Translations under genes and position numbers: made by a program
NCBI GenBank assembly: GCA_043821645.1
Contig: JBDRCO010000063.1
Span: forward strand, 1-64,000
From: Pseudomonadota bacterium
GTDB taxonomy: Bacteria; Myxococcota; JACRCW01; JAFGSX01
Direction of reading: 5' to 3'
DNA length: 64,000 bases
The notes under the pieces: model-generated
The model's input: the letters and a program-made list of their open reading frames with translations, nothing else
What the model was told of the DNA's origin: nothing
The model's database searches: none
In this document: positions 52,265 to 61,289 of the stretch, one piece after another
Layout: the number at the start of each line of letters is the position of its first letter
Position numbering within the stretch: the stretch's first letter is position 1

Positions 52265-53448
52265 GGTACAACCCACAGGCCGCCCTGCACCGAGAGCCGC
52301 GTGTCGTCGAGAAACACGGCTCGCCCCGCTCCTCCGCCCCGGAAGTCGGTGACGATGTCCACGTGCTGGGCGCTGGTGTTGAACCTGCCCTCGGCCCCGG
52401 CGGTGGCGAGCGCGGCCTTGCCGGCATCGCTGCCCGGGTCCTCGTGATAGCACTCGGGATAGCTGGCGCCGATGGCGATGTGCAAGGTCCCACCCACCTT
52501 CTCGACGAACAGGGGGTGGGTCAGGACCTGCTTGAGGCCGTTGTTCATGCCCAGGGCGACCTCGCCCAGGCGGTGCGAGCCCTCGTCGGTCTCGATGATC
52601 TTGGCCAGGACATCCTGGCCCTGCACAGCGCTGTAGCGCGTGATCACGCCACCCTCGAGACACAGGTGCACACCCTGGATGCGTGTCCCCGAGTAGGTCA
52701 CGGGCAGGTCGACGAAGATCTCACCCTCGACGCTGCGTGCGTCGGGGCTGGTGAACACCTCGCCATCCGGAAAGTTGCGCTTGCCGGTGCACTTGACGAT
52801 GCGCTGGCCGGTGATGTCCAGGCGCAGCTCGAGCTCACGTCCGTCGGGCGCGCGGCTCTGCACCCGCACGGTGCGCGTCTGCCGCAACTTCTGATACAGC
52901 GGCTCCTCGACCTGCTCGAGCGCGCGGGGATCCGTCACCGACGCCGACACCACGGCATCGGCATAGGTGTCGAGGCTCAGGCCGTCCATGGCGGCGAAGG
53001 CCTCGGTGGGAAACAGGGTCAGCACCCAGGGCTTGGCCAGGCGGATGTTCTTGGTTGGTTCGTCCGCGGTCATCAGGGCCTGCGCCGTGTCGGCGGGAAG
53101 GTCTCCGAACAGGGCGGGCTGTTCGGCTCCCAGGATCTCGATGTACTTGGTCATGGCGTGGTAGCGCGCCTGCATCCAGTCCGGCACGCGCTGGATCTGT
53201 TCGACGCTGCCATGACGACAGATCGCGGCACCGAAGACCTTGCCTCGATCGTTGTCCGGCGGCACCAGAAACACGTCGGCGATACCGCCCGCAGCGAACA
53301 CCCTCTCCTGCAGCACGCTGAGCAGCGGCCAGGTGCAGTGCTCACCCTTGATCAGGACCACGTCGTCGGAGCGAATCCCGCCCAGCGAGTACTCGAGCAG
53401 ATATCCGGCCCAGGTCTCCAGCTTGGTGCGGGAAATCTCCAGCGGCAT
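52261..53448 (-). CDS. Aminopeptidase, M29 (AmpS/AmpT) family
   Basis: NFPDGEVFTSP, LGEVALG, LFVEKVGGTLHIAIGASY, N.SAQHVD; AGGAGG RBS before ATG 53448. Confidence 0.9.
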   Translation of the reverse strand: MPLEISRTKLETWAGYLLEYSLGGIRSDDVVLIKGEHCTWPLLSVLQERVFAAGGIADVFLVPPDNDRGKVFGAAICRHGSVEQIQRVPDWMQARYHAMTKYIEILGAEQPALFGDLPADTAQALMTADEPTKNIRLAKPWVLTLFPTEAFAAMDGLSLDTYADAVVSASVTDPRALEQVEEPLYQKLRQTRTVRVQSRAPDGRELELRLDITGQRIVKCTGKRNFPDGEVFTSPDARSVEGEIFVDLPVTYSGTRIQGVHLCLEGGVITRYSAVQGQDVLAKIIETDEGSHRLGEVALGMNNGLKQVLTHPLFVEKVGGTLHIAIGASYPECYHEDPGSDAGKAALATAGAEGRFNTSAQHVDIVTDFRGGGAGRAVFLDDTRLSVQGGLWVVP

Positions 53449-53518
53449 GCACAACCTCCTGTTGCCACGGTCGTCGTGGCGCGACGTCGCGTGCAGTCTA
53501 TGGGCCGAGACCCGACTG

Positions 53519-55102
53519 TCAAGGTGGCGAAGAAATCTGCAAGGAGTCCGCCGTCGAGAGACCATCGAGCAGCCCTTGCAGTTCGGCGGCCCGTTCGAGA
53601 TGACCCTGGCGCCGGTGCAGCGCCGCAGCCAGCGCATACACACGGCGCGCCTCGGGTAGCTGCTGGTGCTGGCCACGCTCGAGGACCTCGACGGCCTCGT
53701 CGAGGGCGCGCAGGGCGGCTTCCCGGTCGTGGCCGTGCTGCTGCAGGTCGGCGACATTGAGCAGGGTTGTTGCAAGGTCGGGGTGATCCGGTGGCCGCGT
53801 CCGCCGGCACAGCTCGAGGGCGCGCTGGGCGAGGGGGAGCGCATCCTCGACGCGACCGCCGCGCAGCTCAGCCTGGGCCAGATTGCTATACACGAGGACC
53901 AGATCCGGGTGGTCAGGTGGCGCACCCAGCTCGAGGGTTCGCCGGGCGCGCTGCAGGCTATCGCGGGCGCCTGCCAGATCACCGGTCAGCAGCTGCGCCG
54001 TGCCCAGGGTGTTGAGGCTGCGGGCCAGACGAACCGGATCGACCGGCTGCACGCTTTCATAGGCCGCCAGAGCTCGACGTGCGCTGACCATGGCGCGCTT
54101 CGCACGACCCTGGCGCACCTGCACGCTGGCCAGCGTGTCCAGGGTCGCCGCGGTGGCAGGATGCTGGTCTCCCCACACTTTCTCGTGAATCCGCAAGGCG
54201 CGCTCGGCCATGTCCTCGGCATGTTCGCAGTCACCCTGGGCGCAGCGACTGCGGGCCAGGTTGCTCAGCGCCACGGCCACGCTCGCATGATCGAACCCCA
54301 GGCTTTGTTCGTAGATGGTGAGAGCACGGCGCAGCAGGGCGTCGGCCTGACGGTAGTCCCCGTCGTGAAAGGCCACGCGTGACATGTTGTTGAGGGTGGT
54401 GGCCACCGCCGGATGATCCGGCCCCAGGGTCTTTTCCTTGATCTTGAGAGAGCGCACGAAGCGCGGCCGCGCGCGCGCGTGGTCACCGCGATCGCAGTAC
54501 AGGTTGCCCAGGTTGTTCAGGGACACCGCGACCTCGAGATGGTCGGGTCCCAGGGCGTCTTCCTGGATGGCGAGGGCACGCCGGAACAGGGGCTCTGCGT
54601 CGTCGAGGCGACCCTGGGCTCGCAGCACTTCCCCCAGATTGTTCAGTGCGGTGGCCACGTCAGGATGGTTGGGTCCCAGAGCCTCCTGCCGCAGGGCCAG
54701 GGCGCGCGCGTACTGCGCCTGGGCCCTGATGAGGTTCCCGTTCTCGGTCAGGATGCTGGCGTGCAGGAACAGTCGCTCGGCCAGCTCGACGGGAACCTCG
54801 GCGGCCGCGGGCTCCAGCACCTCGACGCTCTGCCTGGCGAGGTCCTCCGATTCGCGCCAGCGAGGTCCCGCCCGCAGGACCCGGGCTCCGTGCGCGAGCT
54901 CCTGCGACCGGGACAGGCGCTGCTCCTGTGTGGCACCCGGGAGATCTTCATGCGCCGCGCTCCCGGTGCTGGCGCAGCCCGGGGACCCGAGCATGATCGC
55001 GATGGCGACGGCAGCCAGGGCGGTCGTCGAGCCACCTGCCAGGTGGTCTTTGCATCGCCGGTACACCTCTCTATGAATGGGCCCTCTGCCGCGTGGGGTC
55101 AA
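53519..55102 (-). CDS. Tetratricopeptide-repeat protein (kinesin-light-chain-like 42-aa repeats), probable lipoprotein; start uncertain
   Basis: Repeated LG.DHP.VA..LNNL...G....A..L..RAL.I.E units; hydrophobic stretch ending SPGC. Confidence 0.85.
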   Translation of the reverse strand: MTPRGRGPIHREVYRRCKDHLAGGSTTALAAVAIAIMLGSPGCASTGSAAHEDLPGATQEQRLSRSQELAHGARVLRAGPRWRESEDLARQSVEVLEPAAAEVPVELAERLFLHASILTENGNLIRAQAQYARALALRQEALGPNHPDVATALNNLGEVLRAQGRLDDAEPLFRRALAIQEDALGPDHLEVAVSLNNLGNLYCDRGDHARARPRFVRSLKIKEKTLGPDHPAVATTLNNMSRVAFHDGDYRQADALLRRALTIYEQSLGFDHASVAVALSNLARSRCAQGDCEHAEDMAERALRIHEKVWGDQHPATAATLDTLASVQVRQGRAKRAMVSARRALAAYESVQPVDPVRLARSLNTLGTAQLLTGDLAGARDSLQRARRTLELGAPPDHPDLVLVYSNLAQAELRGGRVEDALPLAQRALELCRRTRPPDHPDLATTLLNVADLQQHGHDREAALRALDEAVEVLERGQHQQLPEARRVYALAAALHRRQGHLERAAELQGLLDGLSTADSLQISSPP

Positions 55103-55259
55103 GACCCCGAGCGTCGCTGCGGCGTCCAGGCGCCAGCACCCGCCCGTCGTCGACTGCGGGGCGAAGACCTGGAGCCCAGGAAATCGGCGTTGCTTCCCGT
55201 TCCCCGCGCGATATGTACCTCTTCATCAAAGCTTCAAGATGCATTCAAGGAGAGGTCAC

Positions 55260-55811
55260 ATGCGCCAGCTGCGCTCACCAGTCTTCGTCGTCGCCGGGGC
55301 ACTGCTCGCCACGGCCTGCGCGGGTCCAACCACCATCTCGGCGGTCAAGGACGTGGACCTCGAGCGCTTTGACGGCACCTGGTACGACGTGGCGTCCTTC
55401 CCGCAGAGCTTCCAGGATGGCTGCCACTGCACCACGGCCACCTACACCCTGCGCGACAACGGGGAGGTGGGTGTTCTCAACCGCTGCCGCAAGGGCAGTG
55501 TCGACGGTGAGCTCAGCGAGGCCACGGCCCGCGCCTATCTCCCGGATCCGGACAAGCCCGGTGAACTCAAGGTGGAGTTCCTGTGGCCCTTCGCGGCGGA
55601 CTACTGGGTCATCGACCTCGGGACGCCCGACGTGGGCGAGTACACCCACGCCGTGGTCAGCGAGCCCGGTCAGCAGTACCTGTGGATCCTGTCGCGCGCC
55701 CCCGAGATGAACCGCACCACCTATGACGAGATCCTGGGCTGGCTCGTCGACCAGGGATTCGACACCGGCCGCCTGCAGGCCGTCGAGCATCAAGGCTGCC
55801 CCTCGGACTGA
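55260..55811 (+). CDS. blc: Bacterial lipocalin lipoprotein
   Basis: Lipobox LATAC; VDLERF.GTWY; LKV.F.WPF.ADYW; YLWILSR. Confidence 0.9.
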   Translation: MRQLRSPVFVVAGALLATACAGPTTISAVKDVDLERFDGTWYDVASFPQSFQDGCHCTTATYTLRDNGEVGVLNRCRKGSVDGELSEATARAYLPDPDKPGELKVEFLWPFAADYWVIDLGTPDVGEYTHAVVSEPGQQYLWILSRAPEMNRTTYDEILGWLVDQGFDTGRLQAVEHQGCPSD

Positions 55812-55820
55812 GCAGGTCGT

Positions 55821-56756
55821 CTACTTCTGAGCCGACGGCACCCCGCCCTCCGGGGCTCCCTCGTGCTCGAGCTTCACAGCCAGGGCTGAGGTCGCTTCGC
55901 CGACGTAGATCGTGCGATGCGGGAAGGGGATCTCTATCCCCTCAGCGTCGAAGCGTTTCTTGATGCGACGCAGGAACTGGCGACCGGTCTGCCACTGCTC
56001 GCCGGGAACGGTCTTGATGCGGCCGCGGATCACCACCGCGCTGTCACCGAGCTGGTTGACACCCAGCACCTCGACGTCCTCGCGCACCACGAGCGCGTAC
56101 ACTGGATCTGTGCGCAGCTCCGCAGCCACTTCGCGGATGACGTCGATCACGCGGTCCACATCCTCCTTGTATGCCACACCCAGATCAAACACGTAGGCAG
56201 ACCATTCCTTGGTCATGTTCGACAGCGTGGTGATGGCGCCGTTGGGAAACACGTGCACCGTTCCCGACAGGTCGCGCAGGACGACGGTGCGCAGGTTGAT
56301 CTTCTCGACCAGGCCACTGGTTCCATTGATCGAGGCCACGTCGCCCACCCGCACCTGGTTCTCCAGCACGATGAAGAACCCGGAGATCACGTCGCGCACC
56401 AGGTTCTGGGCACCGAAGCCCACCGCCAGACCCACGATCCCGGCCGAGGCCATGATGGGACCGATGTTGACGCCCAACTCCGACAGGGCCGTGAGCATGG
56501 CCACCACCCACACCGCGATGTGCGCTCCCTGGCGCAGCAGGCGCACCAGGGTCTCGGCCCGCTTGGCGCTCTCGTTCTCGTGCGGATCCTCGGCCTTATC
56601 TTTTTCGACCAGTCTGCGCTCGAAGCGCCTGAGCACCAGGTCGATGAAGCGCAGGACGAGCCAGGCCAGGATCAACACGCCGAGCGCCGAGCCCAGCTTG
56701 AAAGCCAGAGCCTTCCAGTTGAGCCCCAGCAGGGTCTGCTTCAGGGTCGTGAGCAT
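55821..56756 (-). CDS. Small-conductance mechanosensitive channel (MscS/YbiO-like)
   Basis: GIVGLAVGFGAQNLVRDVISGFFI..ENQ..VGD, G.VE.INLR, PNG.I..N, GIEIPFP. Confidence 0.93.
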   Translation of the reverse strand: MLTTLKQTLLGLNWKALAFKLGSALGVLILAWLVLRFIDLVLRRFERRLVEKDKAEDPHENESAKRAETLVRLLRQGAHIAVWVVAMLTALSELGVNIGPIMASAGIVGLAVGFGAQNLVRDVISGFFIVLENQVRVGDVASINGTSGLVEKINLRTVVLRDLSGTVHVFPNGAITTLSNMTKEWSAYVFDLGVAYKEDVDRVIDVIREVAAELRTDPVYALVVREDVEVLGVNQLGDSAVVIRGRIKTVPGEQWQTGRQFLRRIKKRFDAEGIEIPFPHRTIYVGEATSALAVKLEHEGAPEGGVPSAQK

Positions 56757-56846
56757 CCAGGACTCCCCGCGTGGTGGTGCTGATACACGTGTTTACGGGC
56801 AGGTCCCGGAGGGCGCAAGCGCGGTCCGCGCCACATGTCGAGGTGG

Positions 56847-56875
56847 TTGACGTCCGCGTTCGGTCCCGCTACAAG
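56847..56875 (+). promoter_or_regulatory. Putative sigma70 promoter of tRNA-Ser
   Basis: TTGACG-17nt-TACAAG. Confidence 0.55.
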
Positions 56876-56899
56876 GAGCGTCCGCGTCCTCAGACGCAT

Positions 56900-56994
56900 G
56901 GAGAGTTGGCCGAGTAGGTCGAAGGCGCTCGCCTGCTAAGCGAGTATACGGGCTTAAACCTGTATCGAGGGTTCGAATCCCTCACTCTCCGCCA
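56900..56994 (+). tRNA. tRNA-Ser (anticodon GCT), long variable arm
   Basis: GGAGAGT acceptor stem, CTCGC-CT-GCT-AA-GCGAG anticodon arm, GGTTCGAATCC T-loop, encoded CCA. Confidence 0.97.
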
Positions 56995-56995
56995 G

Positions 56996-57034
56996 ACCCG
57001 GCCCTGTCGACGTGATGGGGCCGGGTTTTTTTTT
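56996..57034 (+). terminator. Rho-independent terminator after tRNA-Ser
   Basis: ACCCGGCCC...GGGCCGGGT stem followed by a T-run. Confidence 0.9.
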
Positions 57035-57083
57035 GCCCGTCGCCGCCCTGCGCAGCCCTGGCGCGCATTCCTGCACTGGTAGC

Positions 57084-57112
57084 TTGACAGGCCCAGGTGA
57101 GATCCTTAGTCT
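57084..57112 (+). promoter_or_regulatory. Putative sigma70 promoter of tRNA-Arg
   Basis: TTGACA-17nt-TAGTCT, 13 nt before the tRNA. Confidence 0.65.
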
Positions 57113-57125
57113 CCCCCTCCGCGAT

Positions 57126-57203
57126 GCGCCCGTAGCTCAGCCCGGATAGAGCACCGGACTACGAATCCGTAGGTCGCACGTTCGAATCGTGCCGGGCGCG
57201 CCA
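57126..57203 (+). tRNA. tRNA-Arg (anticodon ACG)
   Basis: GCGCCCG/CGGGCGC acceptor stem, TAGCTCAG D-arm, CGGA-CT-ACG-AA-TCCG anticodon arm, GTTCGAATC T-loop, CCA. Confidence 0.97.
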
Positions 57204-57204
57204 C

Positions 57205-57245
57205 AAGGCCCCGTGAACCAAAAGGTTTTCGGGGCCTTTCTTTTT
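57205..57245 (+). terminator. Rho-independent terminator after tRNA-Arg
   Basis: AAGGCCCCG..AACC-AAAA-GGTT..CGGGGCCTT stem followed by TCTTTTT. Confidence 0.85.
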
Positions 57246-57293
57246 GCCTGGAGCCTCGTCGAGGCGCGAGCACACGCCGAGCAGGTCGTTCCC

Positions 57294-57707
57294 TTAGGTG
57301 GTGCATTCCTGGCTGACACAGGACAGGGGTGTTCCATAGGCGTTCGCCGGAGCGCATCCCACTGCGGTCTCGCAGGACTCGTACTGCATGCCCCGGCACT
57401 TGCTCTGGTCGGTGTTGCACGACGCACTGGCGCACTGTCTGTCCTCGGTGCAACTCGTCAGGTTGCGTCGCGAGTACTCGCGATAGCAGGTGGTCTGCTC
57501 CCGGCCGTCGAAGGCCGCACAGAACAGACCTGCACCACAGGCGTCGACGTTCCATTCGGCGCAGCAGGGCTCGGACTCCGCCTGCGAGACCGGGAATCGG
57601 TCCTGGCATGCTGCATCGCCCACCGGCCCCAGGTCACCGCAGGCGGCCAGGACAAGCCATCCCGAGAGCCACCCCATCGCTGCCAGGCCACGCGCCACGC
57701 TGTTCAT
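57294..57707 (-). CDS. Small Cys-rich lipoprotein (137 aa)
   Basis: AGGAGG RBS, lipobox LVLAAC, 14 further Cys. This is the C-terminal part of the spurious 730-aa ORF in the track. Confidence 0.8.
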   Translation of the reverse strand: MNSVARGLAAMGWLSGWLVLAACGDLGPVGDAACQDRFPVSQAESEPCCAEWNVDACGAGLFCAAFDGREQTTCYREYSRRNLTSCTEDRQCASASCNTDQSKCRGMQYESCETAVGCAPANAYGTPLSCVSQECTT

Positions 57708-57809
57708 GCACGATCCTCCTTGATGACAGAGCACTTTTAGCCGGTTCCGTGCAGTTGTGCTATGGGCCCCGCAGCGGCCCTGAGCTAGAGTGGCCCCGGA
57801 GGCAGAGCC

Positions 57810-58496
57810 ATGAGACTTTCCGTCGTCATCCCGGTGTTCAATGAGGTCGAGACCATCGAGCTCATCGTCCAGCACGTCCTCGACACACCCTGGGAGAAGG
57901 AGATCCTGCTCATCGACGACGGATCCACCGACGGCACCCGCGCCAAGCTGCGGGAACTGGACGCGATCGATGGCGTGCGGGTGCTGCTGCACGAGGTCAA
58001 TCGGGGCAAGGGCGCCGCGCTGGCGACAGGATTTGCCGCCGCCACGGGGGACATCGTGCTGGTCCAGGACGCGGACCTGGAATACGACCCGCACGACTAC
58101 GGCAAGCTGTTGCAGCCCATCCTCGACGGCAAGGCCGACGTGGTCTACGGCTCGCGCTTCATCGGTAGCGACTCGCACCGCGTGCTGTACTTCTGGCACT
58201 CCATCGGCAACCGGGCCCTGACCGTGATCTCCAATGCCTTCACCGACCTCAACCTGACCGACATGGAGACCTGCTACAAGGTCTTCAGGCGCGAGGTCCT
58301 GAGCTCCATCACCGTCGAGGAGGCGCGCTTCGGCTTCGAGCCCGAGATCACCGCCAAGGTGGCCAGGGGACGCTGGCGCATCTTCGAGGTCGGCATCTCG
58401 TACAACGGCCGCACCTACGAGCAGGGCAAGAAGATCGGCTGGAAGGATGGCGTGCGAGCGCTGTACTGCATCGTCAAGTACAACACCCGTGGCTAG
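57810..58496 (+). CDS. Glycosyltransferase family 2 (DPM1/polyprenol-phosphate glycosyltransferase-like)
   Basis: [59 protein letters not shown]. Confidence 0.95.
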   Translation: MRLSVVIPVFNEVETIELIVQHVLDTPWEKEILLIDDGSTDGTRAKLRELDAIDGVRVLLHEVNRGKGAALATGFAAATGDIVLVQDADLEYDPHDYGKLLQPILDGKADVVYGSRFIGSDSHRVLYFWHSIGNRALTVISNAFTDLNLTDMETCYKVFRREVLSSITVEEARFGFEPEITAKVARGRWRIFEVGISYNGRTYEQGKKIGWKDGVRALYCIVKYNTRG

Positions 58497-58544
58497 CCCT
58501 TGCCTGTCGTGCGGGGGTCGACGCCCACCGCACCGCGGCCTAGA

Positions 58545-61265
58545 ATGGCCGCCGTGGTGACGCCTGCCCAGCCCGAGATCTTTGGACGCTACACCCTGCT
58601 TCACCGCCTCGCGGTGGGAGGCATGGCCGAGATCTACCTGGCTCGAGACGAGCGATCGGAGCACGGACCCGGTCTCGTCGTGATCAAGCGGCTGCGGCAG
58701 GAGCTGCAGTCCGATCCCGAGCACATCAAGATGCTGGTCGACGAGGAGGCCATCCTGAGCCGCCTCGATCATCGGGGAATCGTCAAGCCACTCGACTTTG
58801 GCAAGACCGATGGGCGCTATTACGTCGCCCTCGAACACGTGTGGGGGGAGTCGCTCGCCGCGCTGCTCACCCTGTGCGCCCAGCAGCGCACGCCCTTCCC
58901 TCTCAAGGCGGCCCTCCACATCGGCGCTCAGGTGGCCCACGCCCTCGCGCATGCGCATGCATCGCGGCTGCCCTCGGGCGAGCCGGCGCCGGTGGTTCAC
59001 CGCGACGTCACGCTGGGTAACGTGATGGTGTCGTACCAGGGTGAGGTCAAGGTCCTGGATTTCGGCATCGCCCGCACCAGCGGACGCCTGGCCGAGACCC
59101 AGCTCGGGATGGTCAAGGGCACGCTCGAGTACCAGGCACCGGAGCAGGTCGCGGGTGAGCCCGCGAGCCCGGCCACGGACCAGTACCAGCTCGGTGTGCT
59201 CCTGTACAAGCTGCTGGTGGGCTGCGCCCCGGTCGATGCCGACGACGACGCCCAGCTGCTGGTGCGCATCCGCGCTGGCGAGGTCGTCCGCCCCGGTCAG
59301 CGCGTGCCGGGCTTCCCACCGAGCGTCGAGTTGCTGCTGATGACGGCCCTGGCCCGGGAACCCACGCAGCGTTTTGCCAGTGCCAGACACCTGGCCGAGG
59401 CACTGGAAGCAGCGCTGGGGACGGGCTGGCACCGAGGAGACGAGGCGCTGCGCGCCATGCTCGAGAGCCTGGGCGGAGAGCGTCACCGCCGCCAGCGCGC
59501 CCTTGTCGACGCAGTCCTGGAGGGGCGATCCCTCGATCCGGGTGCTGCGACACTGCTCGAGCGCGACACCCGCGTGGACGAACCGGCGCGCTTCAACGTC
59601 GAGCTGTCGACCTTCCTGGACGCTGTTCCCGGACCTCGAGCGGAGGGCAGCGCTGCCGACCTGCCCTTTGCCTCGGCCGAACTGCTGGCGGTCGCTGGCG
59701 CCGAACCCCAGGCCGCGCCGACCACCGGGGCAGCGGCGAGCCTGCCCCCACCGTCCGACGCTCCTTTAGTGGACGGCGGCGGACCCACCATCGGCGCTTA
59801 TCGCGTGCTCGGTCGCCTGGGACAGGGAGCGTTCGGTGAAAGCTTCCATTGCCGGGACACCGAGCTGAGTCGCGAGGTCGTGGTCAAGATGCTGCGACCC
59901 GAGCTTGTCCGTGACGAGCTCACCCGGCAGCGCTTCCTGGCCGGCGCACGCAGCATGGCCAAGGCCGACGCGGCCGAGCTGGTGCGGGTGTTCCACGTCG
60001 GCGAGCACGAGGACAGGCCCTTTCTGACCATGGAATGGCTCGAGGGACAGGACCTGGGGAGCCACCTGGCCTCCGGTCCACTCGACGTGCGGACCGCCGT
60101 GGAGTGGCTTCAGCGCGCCGCCGCCGCCCTCGACAAGCTGGAGCAGCGGGGCCTGCACCACGGCAATCTCAAGCCGAGCAACCTGTTCGTGGGCGACAGC
60201 GGCCTCCACTTCGGTGATCTGGGCATGGGAGCACGCTCGCCTGGCGACGGCGACGACGAGAAAACCACGGGCGCCTTCCGGGCTCCCGAGCTGGCAGCCG
60301 GGCTTGAACCTGATGCGCGTGCGGACATCTACGCCCTCGGCGCAATCCTGTTCTGCTGCGTCATGGGCTCGCCGCCGGCGACCGGGACCGCCGCCGAACT
60401 CCAGCTCGAGGGCCTGCCTCCGCAGCTCGCGGGCGTGCTGCGGCACATGCTCGCCACCGATCCTGCCGAGCGCTTCTCCTCTCCGGCGGCTTTGGCGCGT
60501 GCCCTCGGAGTGCTGGCCTCCACCCTGGGACCCCGCCCCGAGGCCGCGTCGGTCCAGGTCCCCGCCGTCGTGCCTGCGGCAGCAGCGAGCGGTTTCAGCT
60601 GGCGGCGTCCCCAGGTGATCGCGGCCGCGCTGGCTGTGCTTGGCATCGTCGTCGCGAGCGTGTTTCTGCTGAGCGGTGACAACTGGGCGTCTCGGCTCGC
60701 CGCCGGTGAGGCCGCCCAGGTACAGCGCGAGATCGCGGCCATCCCGCAGGCCGATCGAACTCCCGACGAGGAGCTGTACCTCGGACACGCGCTCAACGAT
60801 CTCAAGACCTACGACGAAGCCTTCGAGGCCTATGCACGCGCCATCGCCGGGGGAGCCTTCGACGACAGGGTGCAGGCTTTCATGCTCGAGGAGCTCGACG
60901 CTCGCAAGGCCGACGACGTGGTCGAGGTGTTCCGGAGCTGGCCCGGGGACAGCGTGGACAGCCCCCTCAAGAGGATGGCCGAGGAGGGTCGTCGCTGGGA
61001 GCGCCTGCACGCGCTGGAGGCCTTGCGCGCGCGCGGCAAAGACGCGTTGGTCGACATGCAGAAGCTTGCCCTGCGGCACCTGGTCGAGGGCAGCAGCTGC
61101 GAGGAGAGGCGGCGCGGTGTGCGGGCGTTGATCGACGTCGGTCGTGACGCCACCGCCCTCGCCGCGGTGAAGCAGGCCAGGTCCAAGATCCTCGACAACA
61201 TGTGCATGCAGCTCGAACTCGACCAGGCCGAGCGCGCCATCCAGAAGCGAATTCAAGCGCGCTAG
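58545..61265 (+). CDS. Membrane Ser/Thr kinase with tandem kinase + pseudokinase domains, TM helix and extracytoplasmic TPR/HEAT-like domain
   Basis: Domain 1: GGMAE, VIK, HRDVT, DFG, APE. Domain 2: GQGAFG, HGNLKPSN, DLG, APE. TM VIAAALAVLGIVVASVFLL. Confidence 0.88.
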   Translation: MAAVVTPAQPEIFGRYTLLHRLAVGGMAEIYLARDERSEHGPGLVVIKRLRQELQSDPEHIKMLVDEEAILSRLDHRGIVKPLDFGKTDGRYYVALEHVWGESLAALLTLCAQQRTPFPLKAALHIGAQVAHALAHAHASRLPSGEPAPVVHRDVTLGNVMVSYQGEVKVLDFGIARTSGRLAETQLGMVKGTLEYQAPEQVAGEPASPATDQYQLGVLLYKLLVGCAPVDADDDAQLLVRIRAGEVVRPGQRVPGFPPSVELLLMTALAREPTQRFASARHLAEALEAALGTGWHRGDEALRAMLESLGGERHRRQRALVDAVLEGRSLDPGAATLLERDTRVDEPARFNVELSTFLDAVPGPRAEGSAADLPFASAELLAVAGAEPQAAPTTGAAASLPPPSDAPLVDGGGPTIGAYRVLGRLGQGAFGESFHCRDTELSREVVVKMLRPELVRDELTRQRFLAGARSMAKADAAELVRVFHVGEHEDRPFLTMEWLEGQDLGSHLASGPLDVRTAVEWLQRAAAALDKLEQRGLHHGNLKPSNLFVGDSGLHFGDLGMGARSPGDGDDEKTTGAFRAPELAAGLEPDARADIYALGAILFCCVMGSPPATGTAAELQLEGLPPQLAGVLRHMLATDPAERFSSPAALARALGVLASTLGPRPEAASVQVPAVVPAAAASGFSWRRPQVIAAALAVLGIVVASVFLLSGDNWASRLAAGEAAQVQREIAAIPQADRTPDEELYLGHALNDLKTYDEAFEAYARAIAGGAFDDRVQAFMLEELDARKADDVVEVFRSWPGDSVDSPLKRMAEEGRRWERLHALEALRARGKDALVDMQKLALRHLVEGSSCEERRRGVRALIDVGRDATALAAVKQARSKILDNMCMQLELDQAERAIQKRIQAR

Positions 61266-61289
61266 CTCGATCGCGCGCGGAGAGGACAG

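Noticed and set aside
53519-55102. TPR protein as part of a defence or CHAT/caspase system
   Set aside because: No CHAT, NB-ARC, TIR or nuclease domain in or beside it; looks like an ordinary TPR lipoprotein
56900-57707. tRNA-anchored genomic island or prophage attachment site
   Set aside because: No integrase, no duplicated tRNA 3' end noticed, and both tRNAs are followed directly by their terminators
57294-59486. 730-aa minus-strand ORF
   Set aside because: Mostly antisense to the GT2 and kinase genes; only the last 137 codons have an RBS and protein-like features
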